From: Halocafeteria seosinensis
Taxonomy: Eukaryota
Length of the DNA stretch: 50,870 nt
Reading direction: 5' to 3'
Assembly: GCA_001687465.1 (NCBI GenBank)
Contig: LVLI01000040.1
Span: forward strand, 62,001 to 112,870
This document shows, piece after piece, positions 23,701 to 36,531 of the stretch. The translations under genes and the position numbers were made by a program. Under the pieces are notes generated by a model. It ran no database searches. It was given only the letters and a program-made list of their open reading frames with translations, and had not been told where the DNA came from. Each line of letters begins with the position of its first letter. The first letter of the stretch is position 1.

Positions 23701-25856
23701 TCTCCCCGCTCACCCTTACCACTCTTTTCCATTCGAGCTGCGAAACCGACATTTTCCTGCGATTTGATGATGCGCTGCCCCCACCGCAAGATGCGGAAAT
23801 CGGACTCGTGGTCTTTCGGGAAAAGCTGAACTGCCAAATGCATGAGCACTATCACGCTAAAGCACACCACAGCGATTGTCAAAAGTATTGCAGCTGTCAT
23901 CTGACTCTGGATGTACCCAATTACTTCCGTTCTTGGTGTTCCGATGAAGAAACCCCAATTCGGAAGGAAGCGCTCCAGCTCCGAGGAGTAACCAGCTAGT
24001 TTGTTGGGACCAAACGCTGCATCAGCAGCGTCCTTTGCTAGGTTCACGACGGATATGGTTGATTCTTTTTGCACAGGCCAACCACGAAGGGACGCCACAT
24101 GAAACGCGACCACCGCCTCTCCTGCAGCGTCATCTGAGCCGTAGGGATTCCGGTAGTATGAAGCTGTGCTCGCCCCCGAGGGATCCTTGTCGTTGCCTAT
24201 TGGCCAGAAGCTGAGGGATCCTGGTAGCAACTTCCCGAAATATCGACTACTAGTTAACATCTCCTTCAGGTTCGGCAAGTACGATCGTAAACTGCTCTCA
24301 GAATTTTGTGCGTATTCAGCAAGTTTAGGTTGGGAACAAAGATCTATGGGATGATAATTAGGGTTCTCATCAGCTGAAGAATGGGCAGCAACCTCCGACA
24401 CATGTTTCCACGCGTTCTTTTCAACGTCCCCCTGGCTGGATTTGTCGCCCCCAATTGCGGTGTTTGACTCCAAGTCGACAATTCCGAAGCAGCCCCCATC
24501 TGAAAGAGCATACCCCGAACCAGTGAAATCACTCGAGCTCTTGTCTCCGACGCCAGAAATGGCTAGAGCTGCCATTGCTTTTTCCGCAAATATGGATGTA
24601 TCGATTGCCATAGCAGCAACCTTCAGTGTCGCGTCAGTATCATTCGGGGCGAGCATCGGCAACATAAGAATGGCCACCTGCTCTACTGTCGCCGAGCTAC
24701 TTACCATTGGGAGCTTTTTTGTCTCCGCGGCACTGAGGACATTCCAAGAAGGGCGAAATGCTACGTCTTTTGGCAACCGCTGTCCATCAATGTCCTTGGT
24801 TAATCTTTCGATATATCCTGTTCTAACCCATAAGTCTTCTTCACTGAAATCTTCCACACAGTGCTCGTTTGGACAGTATATTTGACCTAGTCGGGTTGTC
24901 CGCAAGCCTTCTCGATGCAAAGCGTACTTGCTTGGATTGTCACTAAAAGAAGAATCCAAAGAAACAGACGGCCACCACTGGTACCTCCACCTCGAAAAGG
25001 AATAATCACTCTGCCCTTCGCAACAGGCTGTCCACTCAGTCGCTTCGCAAGCCCGCACACATTGCGGAAGATAATCATAAACCGCTGGCCATCCAGACGA
25101 GTCGTCCAAAAGCGATGAAGCACCATACATGCGGCCCGTCCCCACGTCCCACACTTCCATCCACAGCAAAGCTTCATCCTCAGCGACCTGTTTCCCCAAG
25201 AATGAACGAAAGGCCGACCACTGTTTTTCGATAGTATCTCGTAGGCCTTGGCTGTCCTCAGCGTATTCCTCTAACCTTTGCATTTGCCCTGTTGAGTGCT
25301 CTAAATCTGATAGAAGGCGAGATGCAAGGTCTCCCTTAAACGCATACTCAGCCGCAGTGTACCGAATTTCCTCCGTTCCTAGCTGAGCAGTAATATTCAT
25401 CATATTGCCCACCGTTGTGTCAACACTTAGGATACTCCCAGTCACTCCTATAGCGGATACTAAGAATGCTCCCCAGAATATGACGAATGGTACAGTAGCA
25501 GTTTTCAGTACAGGTTCCATCCATTCTGGTATTGTGAACGAGCCTCCACATTTGTACCACGCGGGTTTGCACTTGTTCTCGCCCCACTCCGCCTGTTGTT
25601 CTTCAGACTCGGGAGTTGTGCTGTCATGTTGCTGTTTCGATTCATTGGGGGTACCCGTCTCACTTGAGGTACGAAGAGGATCCTCTTCCTTGTCCGAGGC
25701 ACCTTCCTCATCCACTCTGGATTCCGCAATGGAGTCCAAGTCATGAGAACTGACCGCTGTAGAAGAGTGTTTCAGCGCAGCAGGAGGCGTCGATGACCCA
25801 TTCGTGCTCTGATGAGCATTATTATCCCTCGCCTTTTGGGTATTCACGTTGCTCAT
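17783..25856 (-). CDS. Giant two-pore-channel-like protein, copy A (~2647 aa): 4 extra TMs and two large ectodomains fused to a 6TM-EF hand-6TM channel
   Basis: Exons 25856-19063, 18995-18815 and 18751-17783 total 7944 nt, in frame. Pore I FQSAWYTLFILSATGENYDD, EF hand DLDGNGLIDRYEY, S3-II ANRFD, pore II NFDTFTNSMFTLFLVMEGEQW, S6-II NLFIGVLCDTF. Confidence 0.85.
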
Positions 25857-27261
25857 GGCGGCGGTCGGTCGCTATACTTCCCGTCCACAGGCACAGGGGA
25901 AAACAAAGGGGGATCCCGGCCAGTGTTGGCGGTCCTCCGTTCAAGTGCCTACTTTCACCGCGAGGGACCCAGAAATTGCACCAATACAAAACTGACTGAA
26001 TAAATCCCGATATTTCGAGGGCGGATGAACCCTCACACGACCTTGTGGAATCGGTGAGCGAAAAAAGGCGGTGGCGAACACACCCCAGCGAGACGAGCTC
26101 GCACCTATACCGCTTTCGAAGCCTGCCGCAGCGTACCGTTGGGAAGGATCTACGTCCTCACCGGATGTTCGGCGTCCTGTGCATTTCGCTGTTTACTACG
26201 CATGCGGCATAATCAACACACAAGTCGAACGAAGTCTTCCGGAACCACCACCACCAAGAAGGAGAAAGAAACTACGAGTCCGGGACTGTCCGGGATCCCG
26301 GACAATCGCGTCGCAAGTTTCGTGGGTCATGACTCAAGAAGAAATGGAAGAAGTGCGTATCTTGCGGCGCCCACAGATTTTATTGATGCCCAGAAGTATG
26401 AAGGAGCGGTCTCATTATGCTTCATCTCGAAGTGAAAGCTTCCGAACTTGACCTTGTTGACTGACTGGCAGCATTCCAGCCGCCCGCATTTGCATTTGAC
26501 TCGCTTAATAAACAGAATCGTAATTTTCAGCGAAGCCATAGAACTTGTAATGGTCAGTTTCAATTTTGAGTGCATTCTTGTAGTACAACGATACAAACGG
26601 AAAGCGCAAGGCGTAGCCATGTCACCAATTGAGCTCAGTGGAGTTGCGATGTCGCCTTCCGACAACGTCGACCACACAGAAACGCTGTTGATTTTGACCG
26701 ATCAAGAGCAGCCGAGGGGTCAAATGATATTCGTGTGCTAGTTTGGAGGCCGGAAGCCTTAAGGGTTTATATACACTTCCCAAACGACATGTGTAGGTTG
26801 GAGTATCCACCACCCGTATTGCAACAAGGAAAGCAGCACGTACATACATACGTCTTGCTGGTACATCCTAAGTAGATTACCAAATTATCTAAACAAAGCA
26901 AACAATGGAGCCTCCTGTCTATTCGTCATCTCGAAACCTTAGACCTAGGACGTTGCAACTAATGTGTGGACACTCCATAAGCTGTCACCATTATGTACAT
27001 AGTACGTATAACGACTCAACTCCTCTGTATTAGCACTCAGATCTTCAAACTTGGTTTAAGAGCATCCTGTCAGCCAACGTTAAGCGTCTTCGGGTATAGC
27101 ACCTCAAGGAACCTATGGGCGGGTACCGCGGCTAGCTGCAGCAGAAGATTCCATTTCTATGCACGTTCAAGGATCTTTCTGTTTCATGAGACAAATTCGG
27201 AGTCGGTTTTTTGAGAGGCAATCCGCAATCCAAAACAAATCCCACTAATTGATGCAGTAAG

Positions 27262-30200
27262 CTACTCTGCAGCCTCTTCATCCTCGTCATCGAAGAGTTC
27301 TTCTTCCAATTCGCGCTCATGCTGTCTCCTGGCTTGCTCCAACTCCTTCTTCTCTACCCCGGAAAACGTATCGCAAAGAACTCCAATGAATAAATTAGTG
27401 AATAGCAGTCCATTGACCGTGACAAAGAGTATAAAGAATACCAGAGGCACCAGAGAATTCCGGGCGTCTGCTGCAGCGTACGAAACCACATGCCATTGCT
27501 CCCCTTCCATGATCAGGAAGAGGGTGAGCATTGAGGTGGCGAACGTGTCGAAATTTACATCGTCCTTGCCGTAGGTGTCAGCACTCAATCTTCGATATTG
27601 GCCCCCAAATAGCCAAACTCCAAAGATTGAAAAAATAAACATTGTTAAGAAAATGAGAACGGTAATATTCACGAATTTCTTCCCTTGCTTTAGTAACCCG
27701 AACACGAGCCGGCGAGTGGAGTGAATCACCGAAAACAGACGAAGCACAGGAAGTGTGACGGCAACGCGCATCCCAACATTTACTGCGAAAGTATACCGGT
27801 CGTTATGCGCAACCTTATTATCTCGTTGTTCAACTCCAACAAAGCTTGTTGCAAAAACGATCAAAATAGAAAGAAGGACAACGATTGTATCAAAACGATT
27901 CGCGGAGAGCTGGTAATTGCTTCTTGCATCTATGTCCTGCTCCTCTTCTTCTTCATCCAGATCGTCCGCATCCGTAACTTGGCCGCCTTTCATTTCACCT
28001 GAAGCACGTCGGTTAGCCATAGCTTTGCTAACATTCTTGTATCGCCTTCGGCGCTTTCCGAACCAGAATTCCGAAAACCCGGATGCCAAGATATGAAACA
28101 CCACCTCAAAAGCTTGTAGAAAAGAAAAAGCGCCCATGACTGGATCGGCATATGAAGTGAGACGCGTGCCCAAAAGCATAACGGTCCACGTGTGCACCAG
28201 GACAATCTGCTCAGTACACTCGTCAAACATACAAACTTACTACGAGACAACAACGAGCACTTAGGGAGCTTACCACCAGAGCGACATCATCGTAGCGGAG
28301 CGCCATTTCATTATTGTAGAAGCGATATAGAAAGTCCCGAAATGAGTACACATAGGCGGCCAAATGTAACTGCCGAATGCTCTGGGAGAGTAAAGAGCTT
28401 GTGCCCCTAAAAAACATATCACTCCTATAAGCCCCCTTCTCGAAATCAAAGCCGCTGCATAAATTTCGAAAACTTTACGGAGACCGGCAATGGAGTACTT
28501 GCGACTGCGTCAATAACTTACAAGTCTACAGCAAGGTGTTCACAAAGGTAAACAAATTCCGTGGCACTCAACTTGTCATTGAGGTCTGCGTAGTGAGCTC
28601 TCTTTATGTTGCACGCCTGAAAAAAACCCTCATATTCGTAGCGGTCAATAAAACCATTACCATCCAAATCAAGCATCGAGAATGCGACTAGCGGGGCGAA
28701 CCGTCGTCTCCTAGTGACCCGGCGTGCGCGGTGGTCATACGACTCACTGAACCTGCTCTGGAAACTGACAAGTAGTAACGCGGACATGATGAACATGCCT
28801 AGCAAGGATAGAATAACCAGGTACGGCCGGTAAAAACCACCAAGAAAGCCACCATCATCTGCAGGATCTCTGTCCGGGTATGTAATGTCGTCGTAGTTCT
28901 CGCCCGTTGCAGACAGAATAAAGATAGTATACCAGCTAGACTGAAAGTTTGTAAAGCCCCTGCCTAGCGCCGGTAAGGCAAATTCTTCTGTTTGGTATGG
29001 AGCAATCCCTGGATTTGAGCCAGCTACGGAGACAGCCTTGCTTTGAGTTCGAAACAGCTGAAAATCAGTGTTGTCCTCAAGAGCAACGGCTTCATCTCGC
29101 GACGCAAACGGGAACGACTGCATGGGATTTGGCGGTTCTCCACCGACAGGGTCGTCGCCGAGGTCTGTGTAGTCGCTGAACAACGCTATCGACAAAGACG
29201 CGATAACAATGGTGAACACGATAAACAACGTGAACGTTCTTCTCGCCAGGAGAAAGGTGCTACCCAACGCTTGAATAGAACGCCTGAGTGCTGGGATCCT
29301 TAGTATAGCATACACAGGGCGTATCAGAACAGTAACCGGCAATATCGTCGCGGACCTCCCAGTTCTATAGTCAACGCCCAATCTGACGAGAAAATCGAGT
29401 AAGATTCCTGTGAAGAGGATCAATCTCACTATAAACAGTTTGTGATAGGTGCTCGATTTCTTGGCTCTTGAGTTTGCGATAGAGAGTCGTTCCGAGGCGT
29501 TTCGGTTTTCTGCTAGCCCGTCTTTGTCAGACTTAAGGACATTCAGTGGGTTATTCGACACCGTTGCCTCTGAAGCAAACTGCTTTGCTTCTTCATTGGT
29601 GTTGCCACCGTTAACCATTCTTGCTTCAAGACTTCCCCCACGAGTGGTACCGCGTTTAGACTCATATCCAATAGAGCCTCCTATAGTGCCTTCACCAGCC
29701 TGCGATACAATTGATGACCGAGCAGCTTTCTTGCTATATAGAGACTTGAATTTTTTCCTAACTCCTTTGGCATAAACGAAAAGCAAATTATCTAGACCGA
29801 GCAGAAGTAAGATAAAGAACTCCGCCAGTAAAAGCTGCGATCGCAGTTTACTCACCAGTTCAGCCGGCCGAGAAGCACTAAAAGTTCCCCAAGCTCCTGC
29901 ATTTACGGCGGTCCATCCTTCACGACCATCTACGCTCTGCTCGACTGGAAGCTGTCCCGCTCCCTCTAACCCGATGCCGATTTCAACCTCGATATCCTGC
30001 GGGCTGGTATTCGGGGCATCCGAGGGTAAAATATTTGCATATTCTCCCCCTGAACTGGGCATAGCGACAACAACTGAAGCGTCATCTAATTGTCCTCCTT
30101 CCACAACGGTGCCGCTCGCTTCAAAGAAAGCTAGTAATAGGAGGGCCGCAACGACGAGATAAACAAAAGAGGTATAGGCCGTAGTATAGAATAAGCGATG

Positions 30201-33200
30201 AAACGTTTCAGCCTTGAAACGCCCTTCTCTGTCTAGGATCACGACCTCTAGAGCATGCCTGTCCGACGAGTACATGTGGATGAATTCTCTTGCCCGTCTA
30301 AAGAGTGAATTCTCCCAACAGATATCGGCTGTGGAACTAACAGTTTTATGGGAGGAAAACAGGGATTTCTTGTGGTTCGCCATAGGATTGTTCTGGCTCA
30401 TGCTGTTTTCGTCCTTCCTACGATTATCCAACACATCTCGTTGGACCTCCTCTGATAAGCCGGCAAGAGGGTTTCGCACGTGCTCCGAATCTAACCGAGG
30501 TGACCAGAGGCGCGAAATCCACATCCACATTCGTTCTTTGCTATCACGGGGCCCATCATGTTTCAATCTAGCCGCCTCTTGGATGTCGCTGTACTGCCAT
30601 GCATCCCAAAGGGAATTTCGAGCATAAACACTCGATACGTGCTGATGCACAGCTCGCATGGCAGCTTCGATAGCAGGATCGCGTGGAATCAAGGGCTTGG
30701 AGGCATCGTCAGTTTGAACACGCAGCGTATGAGACTCAGAGGTGTCTGGGGGCTCGCTCGAGGCTGCTTGCCCCATCACTTTCCGACTAGCCTTCCATAA
30801 CAGCGACGCTCTTTTCCACTTCCTCAAGCTTGCGCGATCCGAGAAAGAACAGTTGGAATTGTTTCGAAACGAATTGGTCCCTTTCGAGGAGGCCGACATT
30901 ATGCTCTTACTGGAAGATGCTCTTTGAGGCGGTTTCATCAGTCGTTTGTAATAGCGTCGCAACTTCGTAGTAAGAATTCCAGACAAGAGGGTAGCCGCCA
31001 GGAGCGGACCCAGTGCGATGAGGAAGAGGGCCCATTGCCAACTGATGGATTCCCGTTTTATGGTCTGCCAATGGACTAATCCACTACTTACCACGTCCAA
31101 ATCATTGCCCATGCGAAGAGAATTACTAAGCATTGTACCAACGAAAGCGTCCATATTTTCTGTTCCTACTGTTGTGCCACTCGATTGATTCGAGCACAAG
31201 CGTATAACCATACCGGTACCACTGGCCCCTCCAATAACATGCCTGCTGTTAATGTATTCAGCATGCACCCCAGCTCCGAAAAGTGCAGTCCGCTTAGATT
31301 CAGGGGATGTCAGTCCGGCCAACTGAGCAACAGTTTGCATGACTGACGTCGCATCAGCAGCGTATTGGAAAAAGTCGATATCATTGGCAATTTCCAACGC
31401 AGCAGTTCGCACATACACGTCATCACTGCCTCGCACAAACATTCGTTCGAATGCGCCGTTCTCAGAATCTTCCTGCAGCACTCCCCCATGGGACGAACCA
31501 AGCAGAATGCTCGCAGGCCTAACTATGGCATCAAATCTGTTAGGTTTACTGCCAGCTGAGGAGAACAACGGAGACTCACTCGTGCGGCGCTGTGGAAAAT
31601 TAGTTACACAGCCAGTATCAGAGCATAGTGTTGCTTGGAGCTGAGTTGTTGTCTCTTGCAAAGCACCAGCAGCATTGCCAAACGAGAACCCATCAACCAG
31701 GGAAGGATCGTGAGCGGTGGAAAATCCCAGATACCTCGGAACACTGACTTGCCCTGCATCCACACTATGCATAGCCCGCAATGGTCCTTCAGTAGCAACC
31801 AAACGGTGTGGCTGGTCGTAGCTATCAATGCCTATCTCGAACGGAGATGTATTATCAAACGGAGATTTTGTGCTAAAGTGCACTGGTACGTTCCCCAACA
31901 TCTGGTTGAAACCACTGAGACCGAAATCCGCATGGTAGACAGCGAAGAGTTCAAAGTCTGGAGAGACACTCATGTTCTCGGCCAACCTGGAGCTTCCATC
32001 AATATGCATAGGGTTGGGCCTTGCTATAACCTCCATCGCATCTTCCCAGTGCGTAGCAATAAATCGTTCAAATCCTCTAAACACGAGCGTTCCATTCGTT
32101 GCCCTAGCGTGGGCTTCTCCAGACGCAAGCGACATTGTTCGCGAACCTAGCGTAAACGTACGCGTCTCGTGACTGCCAGATACAATAGCGTCCGGCATAT
32201 TGATGTCGCGCTGTGGTTCCGGAGACCAGACGCTATAAACATACGTCCATGTCCCACTGAACAAAGAGCGTCGGAAATTCGCTGGGGACGCCGTGGGGAA
32301 CGCTCCCGTGACTTCACATACACTATCCGAAATTGGGGTCTTAGGGTGATCGGAATAGTGCTCAAATATCGAAAACCATGGATACGACGGTAGCTCTATT
32401 GGTTTGTCCGTCAAGCCGACTAGTTGTGTCCGAATCATTGCTTGCTGGGTCAAGGCCTCAACGAACTTGCGGGAAGCAGGCGGGCTTTGAACTTTATCTA
32501 TGGCTGCGACTGAGGTAGGGTTTACTACTCCGATTACAATCAAGTCTGCTGCCAGGTCGATGACTGACTTATGCCAAGAAACAGCGAGATCAACGTCAGA
32601 TACGCTACGAGCAGACCCTGAATCAGTTACGTAGTCAGCAGAGCTCTGCACAATATGAGGATACAGGACATACTCCCTGACCACATTCTCCATTCCTTCT
32701 GGATCCAGCTCTGAGCGTACCAGAAGAGACAGACATCCTATCATCGGTTCCTGCCACGCAGATTCAATCCTACTTGTATTTGCATATAGGATCCCTTCGC
32801 CATCTACCTCTAGATTTCCTCGTTTCTTCATCTCTTCCGTTGAAAGCGTGACGGGCTGAACCGCTGCGTAACCGCCTTGGCGACCTCCATTCCACACAGT
32901 ACCCCCAAGGGCGTCAGTTCCTATCCCCAGGTGACCAAATGTAGACGTGACCTCGATGAAACTGAGAGAGGCAGCAGACTTCATGAACTCGGATTGTATC
33001 ACGATACTAGGTACAGAGACGAGAACGTCAAGGAAATTGCTTTTGTCGCCTTGCGCGGCCAAAAACGCTGACTGATGGTACTCTGCGCGTTTTTCCCGAG
33101 TTTCTCGCGAGAAAGCATCCTCCGATTCAGAATTATATTGAAAGAGAGAGGACGCAACGAGGAAGTGTATATCTCGGGCATCGGCAGCCAGGCTAGTAGC

Positions 33201-35552
33201 CAGGCGGCGAAAGCCGGCATTTTGCTCCACTTCCCGGGAAGCGAGCGCAGAAGCACATTCTGTTACTCGGAAGGATACATCATCCGTGGCTCTACCCCAC
33301 GTGGACGAAGAAATAAAAGTCAAAAACATAGTCAAGGCAAACGTAAGTAACGAGACAAGCAGAGAATGGGGCTCGAGACCTCCCAACACCATACTTTGCC
33401 CCTTTCTGGTGTCATGCTGCTTGGCATGTTCTTGTTGCTTTTGGGGCTTTTTCGCAAAGCCTTGGAACCACTTAAATATCCTGTTTTTTACTCTTTTATC
33501 TGGTGGTGCCGCCTCAACGGCCAAGTGCAGCAGAATCAGTATACTTGCAGCCATAACAGCCAGCGTTAACACGATCGAACCTATCATCTGCTGCTGCAGA
33601 TAAGAGATGACCTTTGTCCTCGGTGTGCCTAAGTATAATCCCCAGTTTGGCAGGAAAAGTTCGAGTTCTTTCGAGTACCCTCCCAAAGGGCTCGGGGGAT
33701 TTGCGGCTTCGGCCGACAGCTTCATCAGTTCCAGCGCTGACAGCTGGAAATCTTCTACAGGCCATCCATCCAGAGATGAGACATGAAAAGCAGTTACCGC
33801 ATCCCCAGCAGAACTGTCAGAACCGAACGGATTACGATAATAAGCCGCTGTGCTTGCACCTGAAGGATCGTTGTCAGACTGCACAGGCCAAAAGCTTAGC
33901 GACCCAGGAATTACTCTTCTAAATTTGGCGGAATAAATATCGGCATCTTCGGTTGCGTGTTCCGAATACTCGTGGACCGTCCGTTGCGACACTTCAGCAA
34001 ACTCCTTCAGCTTCTCCCTCTCACAGAGGTCTACTGGATGGTAATTAGGGCTTGGTCCAAAGTGCGACTGCGAGGGGAATACGGAGCTATGCTTCCAGCT
34101 GTTCGCTTTGATGGAACCTTGACTGCGTCGGTCACCCCCGACGACAGCACTGGTGGTCAGATCCACAAGCCCAAAGCATCCTCCATCAGACAGCGAATAT
34201 CCCGAGTCAGTGAAATCATTAATCTTGGGGTCCCCGACTCCGGAAACAGCTATAGCAGCCATCGCCCTTTCGGTGAAAACAGATGTGTCAATCCCTATTG
34301 TGGCCATTTTAACTGAACTTTGCGATCCATTCGAAAACACCAAAGGGGTTGTGAGGATCGCAACTTGAGCTGCCCCCCTTAAGTCGTTTACCATTGGCAA
34401 CTTCTCAGCGTGCTTGGCGCTCACAATATTCCAAGATGGGCGAAGTCCGCGGACTCGGGGCACGCGAAATGCCGCTTGACCCTCGGCCGAGACGTCTCCC
34501 ATGTACGTTGTCGCTTCCCAAAGGCTCTTTGGACCCACGAAATCTTCCGAGCAGTCACCATTCCCGCAAGTGATAGCCCCCAAACGACTGCGGCGCAATG
34601 CTTCTCGATTGACTGCATAGTCGCCCCACTCACTCCCCGATGTATCCTCCCCCTGAACCGTCTTCTGCCAGCCATATATCTTCCGAGAGAAAGTATCTTC
34701 AAACCCTTGGTCGCAACATGTTTTCCAATCTTCATTGTCGCACTCTCGGGCACACGAAGGCAGATAGTCGTAAACGAGAGGCATGCCACTCTTGCTACGC
34801 AGAGCAGAAGATGCTCCGTACATGTGGCCACTGGATAAATCCCACACTTCTAGCCATAACAACTTGTCGTCTTCTGCCACTTGCTTCCCTAAAAAGGCTC
34901 TAAAACCGTTCCACTGTCGCTCCACCACCTCCCGTAGGTTTTGATCATCCTCAAGATACTGCTCGAGTGTACCTAGCTGTGCGGTAGAGTGCTCTAAATC
35001 GGAATAAATGCGGCATGCTAGCTGCCCTTTGATGGCATACTCAGCAGCGCTGTACCTGACTTCCTGAGTCCCTAATTGGGCAGTGATGTTCATCATATTT
35101 CCAACCGTCGTGTCTACGCTAAGAATACTTCCAGTGATCCCTATGGCGGATACCAAAAAGGCTCCCCAAAATATAGCAAACGGGACGAGCGAGCTCTTCA
35201 ACACAGGCTCCGTCCAATCTGGGAGTTTTTCTTTTGTTTCCTCATAAGTACGTTCAAACCATTCCCTGCATGTTTCCACACTTTCCTCCTCCGAATCGCT
35301 TTCACTATCATCCCCCTCTTCACCTTCATTAACCGTTGAGAGGTCCTCCTCTTCTACAAAATTTTTTCCTCCGGGTTGATATGGCGAACCCTCCATGACG
35401 TCATCATCGCTGTCCCTTGCAGTAACGGGACCCGCCGATGCTGTCGACCTCGATCTCGACTGACCTTTACCAGATGTGGTTCCCCTCCCCGCTGTTTTCG
35501 GTCGGGCAGAATACAGAGAGTTCAGTGGGAGGCTCGACCTCTCTTTCGACAT
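27262..35552 (-). CDS. Giant two-pore-channel-like protein, copy B (~2718 aa), tandem paralog of copy A
   Basis: Exons 35552-28522, 28454-28274 and 28206-27262 total 8157 nt, in frame. Intron positions match copy A and the middle exon is again 181 nt. Same motifs: SATGENYDD, DLDGNGFIDRYEY, MEGEQW, NLFIGVLCDTF. Confidence 0.85.
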
Positions 35553-36531
35553 CCTTTGATTCCTCGATGGTATTTAGAGCGGAGATATGTGTACCCCACG
35601 ACGGGAGTGTTTTCTCTCTCGGTGCTTCCCAACGCAACTGTCAGCAAGCGAACTCCAGGGAATTCGCAAATATCACAATTGCGATGCGCTTGTAAACAAC
35701 GTCAAGCGCGTATCGAAAACGCGTTAGCTTGCCTGAGAATGAAGGTGTTGAAGACTTCCCGGGGGTAAAGTTTTTTCCGCCTTCCTTATTTTCGTCCGTA
35801 ACCCACGCCAAGATGTTGTACAAGGCACTCTATACACATGTTCGCCTTTTCTCTTAAACCAGCTCTTCTTTGGAGCGATCCATGCACAGATATACAGCAC
35901 AGGAGAAAACAACTTCCAGGACACCTTTTCTTGTCTATGCACCGGCGCAAGCGATTTCTGCGCCGTTGGACAATACAGAGCCAAGTAGAGTGGATCGCAG
36001 AAAAGCACAACAGGGATCTATCTCCAATAGCGCTTTGTGGAGTGAGTCAACACAATGGAGTCGGTGGGAAGTCCACCACCTTTCGTTGCGAAACTTGTCA
36101 GGTCGCAGGTTGCGATCGCGCCCTTGGCCCAAGGTCCTAGGAACTCTGGGAAATACGTGGGCACAAGTGCAAATCGTGACCCCCAATCATGCGGAGGCAA
36201 CGATACAACTGAGGGAGTTTTTTAATATGAATGTAGTTCAGCAAGCAACTATACAGTTTATTGTTTGGCACTCCTTTGAGAGCCTGGCAACTTGCGAGAT
36301 CGTTGTAGCCCGAGCTACAAAAATGCTAATGATGCTCACTCCTGTCAAGTTATACCTCTCCCAAGAGAAAAAATAAATTAAAATCTTGAACTTCAGTAAA
36401 CCGTGCAATTTTGCTTTGGGCAGTATAAAATTCACACTTCCAGCCTTGGATGCCTGGTCCGCGGCAGTGTTTAAGTTGAAGTATGGATTGTAGATGTCGA
36501 TACAGTAATCTGGCTTTTTTCCTCAAACAAG

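Noticed and set aside
28400..28420. Suspected frameshift at the A6 run in exon 2 of channel copy B
   Set aside because: Recounting gives GAT ATG TTT TTT AGG, in frame; the exon is 181 nt as in copy A.
19145..35339. Many 60-170 aa ORFs antisense or out of frame within the two channel genes
   Set aside because: Shadow ORFs of long coding exons.
35700..36435. Overlapping ORFs up to 168 aa upstream of channel copy B
   Set aside because: No motifs, and ORFs on both strands; most likely a divergent promoter or intergenic region.
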